Of a DNA stretch of 64,000 nt, positions 58,225 to 64,000 are shown in pieces. The DNA is taken from IMG/VR virus record IMGVR_UViG_3300037508_001402. The stretch is one strand, 5' to 3'. The position numbers were made by a program, and so were the translations under genes. This DNA comes from an uncultured virus (IMG/VR IMGVR_UViG_3300037508_001402) (Duplodnaviria; Heunggongvirae; Uroviricota; Caudoviricetes). The stretch's first letter is position 1. Every line of letters begins with the position of its first letter. A model generated the notes under the pieces. It was not told the origin of the DNA, made no database searches, and worked only from the letters and a program-made list of their open reading frames with translations.

Positions 58225-58633
58225 ATGACCAATTGGAACCTCCCCTATAAATGCCTGACATGTGGCAACCGCATGGACGTATACCCGCGCATCGCCTGTC
58301 GTGACGTGTTCTGCTCTGCCTGTGGCATCAACCGCTTTCAGCAGGTCGTGTGGGTGGGTGACGGCCCTGAGCCCTCACAGCCCAAAGAGACCAAGCAAGT
58401 GACACACTACGGCCCAATCATCGGCCACATTCCACCCATAGAAAGAGAGGCTGTAAATGCCTGAGTACGTTCGCACTGGAAACTATCAGGACACAGTTCA
58501 CTATTATCACCGCTGCCAGGGCTGTGGGAACATCTTCACAGCCTCAGACAGGGAAAAGGATTGCCCCAAGTGCAAGACCCGTTCTGTGGCCCCTGGACGG
58601 CCTGTATTCGCAACAAGGAGGATTGAGAAGTAA
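58225..58633 (+). other. Two small Zn-ribbon ORFs (58225-58464, 58457-58633)
   Basis: CLTC/CSAC and CQGC/CPKC pairs. Confidence 0.6.
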
Positions 58634-58808
58634 TGCAGACAGAGAACCCGTACTTGCGCTGCCAGAACGTGGCCAGGCTGATCAGAAAGGGAATCCCCAC
58701 CAATGAAGAGACAGAGCAGGCCCGTACATTGCAGGCAGCTTTGAGAGTTGCTGAGATTCGCAGGATTGAGGGGCAGACCAGCAGGAAGCGGGGGCCTCGG
58801 AGGGCGCG

Positions 58809-59048
58809 TTAAGCCTGGGAGGCAAATAGAGGGTGAGCGCAGTCTGGACGGATACGAATCTCTATCCCAAAGATTTGCGCCATTCTCAGCAGCACTTCAT
58901 AAGAGGGGATGTTGTCTCCCTGTTCATACTTCTGAACCATTGAAAGAGACACGCCAAGTTTCTCAGCCATTTTTCGCTGTGAAAGGTTCGCGTTCTCTCT
59001 AAGTTTCTTGAAGTCTTCCGGCAAGACATCCGCTGTCATTAAAAGCAT
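58809..59048 (-). CDS. XRE repressor
   Basis: FKKLRENANLSQRKMAEKLGVSLSMVQKYEQG; divergent from the replication operon. Confidence 0.85.
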   Translation of the reverse strand: MLLMTADVLPEDFKKLRENANLSQRKMAEKLGVSLSMVQKYEQGDNIPSYEVLLRMAQIFGIEIRIRPDCAHPLFASQA

Positions 59049-59205
59049 ATCCTCAGTTTATTTGATCTCAGATTTTTTATCTGTGACATTATACTAAAAG
59101 CGTAGTTTAAATGACATAGGTTTGTCAATGATTAAAATATCACTTGATTTTTAATATTGTTATGCGTAATAATACTATGTAGATAGATTGTGAAAGGCAA
59201 GTACA

Positions 59206-59370
59206 ATGCAATCCCAAATAACCCAGGCCCCCACGGCTGAACAGATCCGCTACAAGACCACCCTGGCCAATCCTACCCACGGCAACCGCCCCACCTGTGG
59301 CTGTGACATGTGGGTGGACTATGGCCGCTGTCGCCATATCAGTGAGATGAAAGAGGCCAGCAAGAAATGA
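59206..59370 (+). CDS. Mini SWIM-like Zn-finger protein (54 aa)
   Basis: IRYKTT..TCGCDMWVDYGRCRH; ATGA-coupled to the initiator; not in the ORF track. Confidence 0.65.
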   Translation: MQSQITQAPTAEQIRYKTTLANPTHGNRPTCGCDMWVDYGRCRHISEMKEASKK

Positions 59371-60557
59371 AAAAGTCTCGCGCTCTCATCGACAGAAACC
59401 CCATGGCTATTGATAAAGATTTGGCCAATGTCTTTGGGCTTGACCTTGCCGCTCTTTTGCAGCACATTCACTTCTCTATCACAGAGAAGGAATCAAACCC
59501 CAGAAAATACTTTAAGAGCTATAAAAACGGCTTTTTCTGGTATTACGACACAAAGACAGCTATTTCTGAAGAACTTCCATTCTTGGGCTCTACACGCACG
59601 ATTCAGCGCCTTATTTCAAAAGGGCAAGAAATGCAGGTTTTGATTGTTGAAGAGTTCAACTCTTTGCCAGGGGATAACACCAACTGGTTCAGAATTGATC
59701 ACCCAAAACTTGATGAAATCATGCAGGATTATTACTCAAAAAAATATCCTGAGATGGCAGAATTTTATGCTCAGGCTGATCAAGAACAAGACACCCCCCC
59801 AAGACAAATTGGCTGCACCCCCGAGACAAATTGTCCTACCCCCCAAGACAAATTGTCCTACCCCCCAAGACAAATTGTCTCGACCAATACCATAGACTTC
59901 TCAGAGACTTCTCATAGAAAAGATCTTAATACCCCCTTTAATCCCCCGCAGGGGGAAGCGAGCGATCAGAAAAAATCTTTGCCTGTTTGGATGCCTTCTG
60001 AGAAATTCAGGGAGGTTGCTGTTCAGGTTATGGATGATTACTCAGAAGCATTTCAAGCCCTGGCCAATAACCCACTGCCCCAAACAACCGAAAAAACACC
60101 GGAACCCCCCAGTTCCGCGCCCCCCCCTTTGCGCCTGGCTGGAACACTGGCCGGTGTGACTGAGGCAGAAATCGCAGAGGTTGTGGATCGCCATGTCGAA
60201 GCGGCCACAGCCAACCCACAGGGATTTGATGAGTTCTGGCAGCAGTACCCTGCAAAGGTTGCCAAGCCAGCCGCGCTTAAGGCCTGGAAAAAGCTCAAAC
60301 CCAGTGCAGAATTGCAGGCAACGATCCAGCACGACATAGCCAAACGCAAGCAGACGGATCGCAAGTGGCTTGGGGGATTCATTGCAAACCCTGCAACTTA
60401 CCTAAATCAGGCAAGATGGGCTGATCAAGTAGAAGCCCTGGCAATAACAGACACAAGCTCTGAAGCAATGCGCAGATCAAATCAACCAATGAGCCAGCAT
60501 GAGAAAAACATGCTTGAACTGAAGAAATACGCAGAGAAACACGGGGTTAATTTCTAA
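59367..60557 (+). CDS. Replication initiator
   Basis: N-terminal wHTH (DNTNWFRID), internal iterons, and FDEFWQQYP.K..K..A.KAW / PATYLNQARW C-terminal domain. Confidence 0.85.
   Translation: MKKSRALIDRNPMAIDKDLANVFGLDLAALLQHIHFSITEKESNPRKYFKSYKNGFFWYYDTKTAISEELPFLGSTRTIQRLISKGQEMQVLIVEEFNSLPGDNTNWFRIDHPKLDEIMQDYYSKKYPEMAEFYAQADQEQDTPPRQIGCTPETNCPTPQDKLSYPPRQIVSTNTIDFSETSHRKDLNTPFNPPQGEASDQKKSLPVWMPSEKFREVAVQVMDDYSEAFQALANNPLPQTTEKTPEPPSSAPPPLRLAGTLAGVTEAEIAEVVDRHVEAATANPQGFDEFWQQYPAKVAKPAALKAWKKLKPSAELQATIQHDIAKRKQTDRKWLGGFIANPATYLNQARWADQVEALAITDTSSEAMRRSNQPMSQHEKNMLELKKYAEKHGVNF
59793..59879 (+). repeat. Origin iterons, four copies at ~22-bp period
   Basis: CCCCC(A/G)AGACAAATTG repeated four times inside the initiator gene. 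Confidence 0.85.
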
Positions 60558-60558
60558 A

Positions 60559-61257
60559 ATGGCAAGCAAAGAAACGGTTATGCAAATGTTACGCAGGTTT
60601 TCAGTGGTGTTTGACCTGCGCATGGATCAGGACGCAATCGAAACCTGGGAGATGGCCCTGAACGATCTCTCTGACGAAGTTGTCCAAGCCGCAACGGTGC
60701 ATTTTGTCAAAAGCTGGGGCAGTCAGTACAACCGCAAGCCGCGCCCCGGCGATGTCCATGAATTTTTCAATGAAGTGTTTGACACGTCTTGGCGTGACGC
60801 TTGGGCAGAAGTGCAATTTTTAATGGTCGCCTGCCAGCAGCCGGGAAGCTCTGTTGAGTTTTCATCTCACGCAATCAAACTGGCTGTTGAAAGCCTTGGA
60901 CGTTTGCGGACAATTTACGAAACGCCCCCCGCCTTACTGCCAAAGCTGCGCGATCAATTCAGGGATGCCTACAAAGAGATCAAGGCAGAGATGAAGATCA
61001 AGGGCATTATTGAGCAGAAAAAAACCGCAAGAATCGAGTATTACGCTCCAGACGGTGAAGCGATTCAGGAGTATAACCCAGATGACAAATACGGCATTGA
61101 TCGCCTTAAGGAGCAACTGGCACAACTGCCCGAACCTGAAAACCATAACTGGCACACCTACGAAAGCGCCAAGCCAAAAACAAGCCTGAACTTGTCAAGC
61201 CTCAGAGGGCCTGAAGGTCAAGTGATCGATATTTCAAAAATCGTGAAAAGGGGATGA
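60559..61257 (+). CDS. Helicase loader/inhibitor (G39P-like)
   Basis: W..AL.DL..E.V..A, PRPGD and AWAEV; follows the initiator. Confidence 0.7.
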   Translation: MASKETVMQMLRRFSVVFDLRMDQDAIETWEMALNDLSDEVVQAATVHFVKSWGSQYNRKPRPGDVHEFFNEVFDTSWRDAWAEVQFLMVACQQPGSSVEFSSHAIKLAVESLGRLRTIYETPPALLPKLRDQFRDAYKEIKAEMKIKGIIEQKKTARIEYYAPDGEAIQEYNPDDKYGIDRLKEQLAQLPEPENHNWHTYESAKPKTSLNLSSLRGPEGQVIDISKIVKRG

Positions 61258-61610
61258 AGTGATGCAGAAAATCACACTCAACGCAAAGCAAGACCGCATG
61301 GTCCAGGCCCTCAGAGCTGCTGAGATTCACCGGGTCAACGGCTACAAAAGCGCTGCGATCACTGTCGAGGGCGTGGTGTTCCACGTCTACTACACCAAGA
61401 CTGGGCTGGTCGTGAGACAGCAGGAGGTGACTGCATGACCGCCAAATTCTTCCTCTACGAGTTTCGCCACTGTGGCAAGGAATGGCGCAGCACGTTTGAG
61501 GAAAGCAAATGCCGGGGCTGTCGAAAGATGATTGAAGCGTGGTCGAAAGAGCTGATGAATGGGCCTGAGAGTATCGATAGTTTTAGAGCGAAGTTTGCTG
61601 GAGTGCTGAA

Positions 61611-61883
61611 ATGACTCAAAATCCATTGTTTGATTTGTCTACTTTTGGCCCCGTTGATTTTGAGCCGCTTGGTTTAACTGCTGAATATTTCGCCAAGACT
61701 GAAAGGCTGGCTGAAATTCAACAGGAAATCAATTGGTGGGAGAGGAAGCGGCAAAGGCTCCTGCTAAAAGGGAAAGGCGCTTGGCTTGGTCCCACAGGCG
61801 ACTACAACCGCAAAATGCTTAAGCGGTGTGAGAACAAGCTGAAAAAATTGAATGAAAGAATAAAAGAGGTTGAAAACGCATGA
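61611..61883 (+). CDS. Hypothetical protein
   Basis: GGAG RBS; coupled to neighbours. Confidence 0.55.
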   Translation: MTQNPLFDLSTFGPVDFEPLGLTAEYFAKTERLAEIQQEINWWERKRQRLLLKGKGAWLGPTGDYNRKMLKRCENKLKKLNERIKEVENA

Positions 61884-62275
61884 GCAACGAAATTACCGCT
61901 CCAGATGGGTCTAAATGGCAATGGAAAGATGGGGAGTGGGTGAAAGCGGAGAAAAAGCGCGGGCCTTTGGGGGGCGAGTTAGATTATGTAAAAAACCTTG
62001 AAATTGGAGATGCTTGCTTTTTAAAAGCTGTTGTTGATGAAAAAGAGCATGGATGGGTTCATTTAAAAATAGATGACAGCGATTCAACAATGCCGGTCAG
62101 ACCTCAAACCATTGTCGAAACCAACATCCCGCCTCGCCTTGCCGGTGAGCGGATGACAGATGCTGAGCTTGCTGCTGAGGCTGGGACTGGTAATCTTGAT
62201 GGTCGATGGGTTGCTGCTCAAGTTGGGGGAGCCAATGCAGGCGTAATCCTGCTGCCGGAGGGCTTCGGGGAATGA
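61880..62275 (+). CDS. Hypothetical protein, paralog of 1115-1555
   Basis: Shared motifs KRGPLGGEL, VETNIPPR, GRWVA and VILLPEGFG. Confidence 0.75.
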   Translation: MSNEITAPDGSKWQWKDGEWVKAEKKRGPLGGELDYVKNLEIGDACFLKAVVDEKEHGWVHLKIDDSDSTMPVRPQTIVETNIPPRLAGERMTDAELAAEAGTGNLDGRWVAAQVGGANAGVILLPEGFGE

Positions 62276-63753
62276 GCGAGAATCAAATACCTGCGGAGTT
62301 TGAGTGGATTAAGCCGGGGGTGAAGGCTACATGTCAAAAGTCAAAGCGAAATGTGATTATCACAAGAGATATTGACCACAGTGCTGATGGCTTTGGTGGG
62401 CAGGATTGGTTCGTGTCTTGGTGCTATGACGGATCTGTGTATGGTGGCAGCAATTGCAAAGATTTGACACCAGGGCACACAGGCAATGTCACCCTCACCC
62501 TGACCCGCGAGCAGGCAGAGCAGTTAATTGAAGATTTTAGCACATCAAAAATTACCCGCTCTATGGACGATTTAAAGCAAATGATAAAGGAGAAACTGAA
62601 ATGAGCCAAACTAAAGGCATTGGATTAACCGGCGAATTGGTTGAAATGGCGCAATGTGATGACGACAAAGACAAGGTTGAAATAAAAGTGATCGTTGATA
62701 AAAGTGAGTTTGCAAAACTTTATGTCAACCTGCTTTATAAACGTGTAGATATTAAAATGTCAAATGAACAGGATAATCTGAAATGACCCCAGAGCAAAGC
62801 GCCGCAATCAACCAGTTTTGCATGTGTGATGATTATTCAAACAGAATCGAGGACGCTATTGAATTGATTGAAAAAGAGCCTAAAAACGACTTTTATTATA
62901 GCGTTTTGATGCCGATTAAACTTATTTTGCAAGGGATTAATGACAAAGATGAACAATGAACAGCTTGCCGCAATCGAGCGGCTGAGAGAGTTAGAGCCTT
63001 CGTTGAAAGAGTTGGTGTTTTATCAAACTAAAAAATATCCGGGCTCTCTTGTGATTGAAACAAAAGACGGTAGGTATTTTTTGGGGTTATATAAATCAAA
63101 TCCTGGGCTCCAAGAGCGTGAGTTTATTAAGGTTTTGGAGACTTATAACGAAGCCCTGCCGCTGATTGAAGCCCTTGCCGCTGAGAACGAGAGGCTTCTG
63201 TCAGAGAATGACGCATTGCGGGCATCTCACGACAAGACGCACCAAATGATTGACCGCATCCATGCGGCTTTGAATTATAAGGCATCAGGCTTTTCAACGC
63301 TTGACATGGCAAATGATTTGCATGAGATGAAAGGGCAAATCATCACAATTCTGGACGAAGTTTTGGACGAAGACACGCAGGAAAGCAAATGCGTGAAATG
63401 CGAGGCGCTTCAGGCAAGGATTGACGGGGCTTTGGGTGAATTGTCTAATGATTGGCATAGTGTTCGGGTTGTTGTCAGAGCAGTCGAGATTCTGAAGGGA
63501 GAGCAAAGCGGTGTCAATTAGAAAAGCAATGGCGAATCAGACAATTGATAACCTGCAAGTTCAGCTCAGGCAGTTCTTTGAAGACCCTGACTTTCAGCTT
63601 GATGGAGTCACCAAAGCAGGAATACATGGCTCTTTTGCCTGGATTGAAAAGAAGGCTCAGGCTGAATTTGCAGAGCGTGAAAGGTTTGAAAAAGACGGTT
63701 TGCCTGGTTTAGCAGAAATGATGGAGGCTTTGGGTAATGAGCGGCAAGGCTGA
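62272..63753 (+). other. Run of small coupled hypothetical ORFs (62272-62604, 62601-62786, 62940-63521, ~63511-63753)
   Basis: ATGA overlaps; no recognisable domains. Confidence 0.55.
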
Positions 63754-64000
63754 TCTGTGGTCAAAAGAAGAAACTGACTTGCTTAAAAAGAATCATGGCA
63801 AAATGTCTTGTCAGCAAATCGCTGAATTGATCAACCAAAAATACCGGGTTGGCATGAGGCAAAGAACAAAAAAGCAAGTCAAAGCAAAGGCTTTTTCATT
63901 GGGTTTGTTCACCACAAAAAAGGAGGGGTATGTCACTTTGAGTCAAGCAGTCTTTTTGACTGGGGTTTCACGCGAAAAACTAAGTCATATATTTAGCTCA
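63737..64000 (+). CDS. Myb-like plus HTH protein, 3'-truncated; paralog of 39346-39954
   Basis: WSKEETDLLKKNHGKMSCQQIAELI..RTKKQVKAKAFSLGL..VTLSQA. Confidence 0.7.
   Translation, partial: MSGKADLWSKEETDLLKKNHGKMSCQQIAELINQKYRVGMRQRTKKQVKAKAFSLGLFTTKKEGYVTLSQAVFLTGVSREKLSHIFSS

Noticed and set aside
59793..59879. CRISPR array
   Set aside because: Repeats are nearly contiguous with no spacers, lie inside a CDS, and no cas genes are present.
1..64000. Stop-codon reassignment
   Set aside because: Large genes are intact under code 11 and all three stops terminate coupled genes.

Overview
The window is essentially all phage DNA: most of a temperate siphovirus genome or prophage of about 64 kb or more, with no recognisable host genes. 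Layout: (1) 1-4476 (+), accessory genes including a SPINDLY/OGT-type GT41 glycosyltransferase, a RuvC-less TnpB N-lobe, dUTPase and a CX5R phosphatase. (2) 4480-7482 (+), a repeat-rich non-coding stretch, a large serine integrase, a tandem-XRE protein and a degenerate IS110 RuvC domain. (3) 7549-38488 (-), lysis and morphogenesis genes from terminase to tail fibres, with a GT2-TPR glycosyltransferase inside the tail operon and a -1 frameshifted tail chaperone. (4) 38648-54231 (mostly -), early operons with a C5 methyltransferase, a Sak-like annealase and IbrA/IbrB. (5) 54351-64000 (mostly +), a repressor, a ~0.7 kb structured ncRNA with three anticodon-defective tRNA mimics, an antirepressor, SSB, an initiator with iterons and a helicase loader. 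The most unusual signals are the tRNA-mimic RNA (two units appear strand-swapped), a transcription-polarised 12-mer TCCCAAATAACC in five exact copies, two catalytically truncated fragments of RNA-guided transposon proteins (TnpB, IS110), and a possible virion-glycosylation toolkit. All family calls come from motif recognition by eye; no database searches were run.
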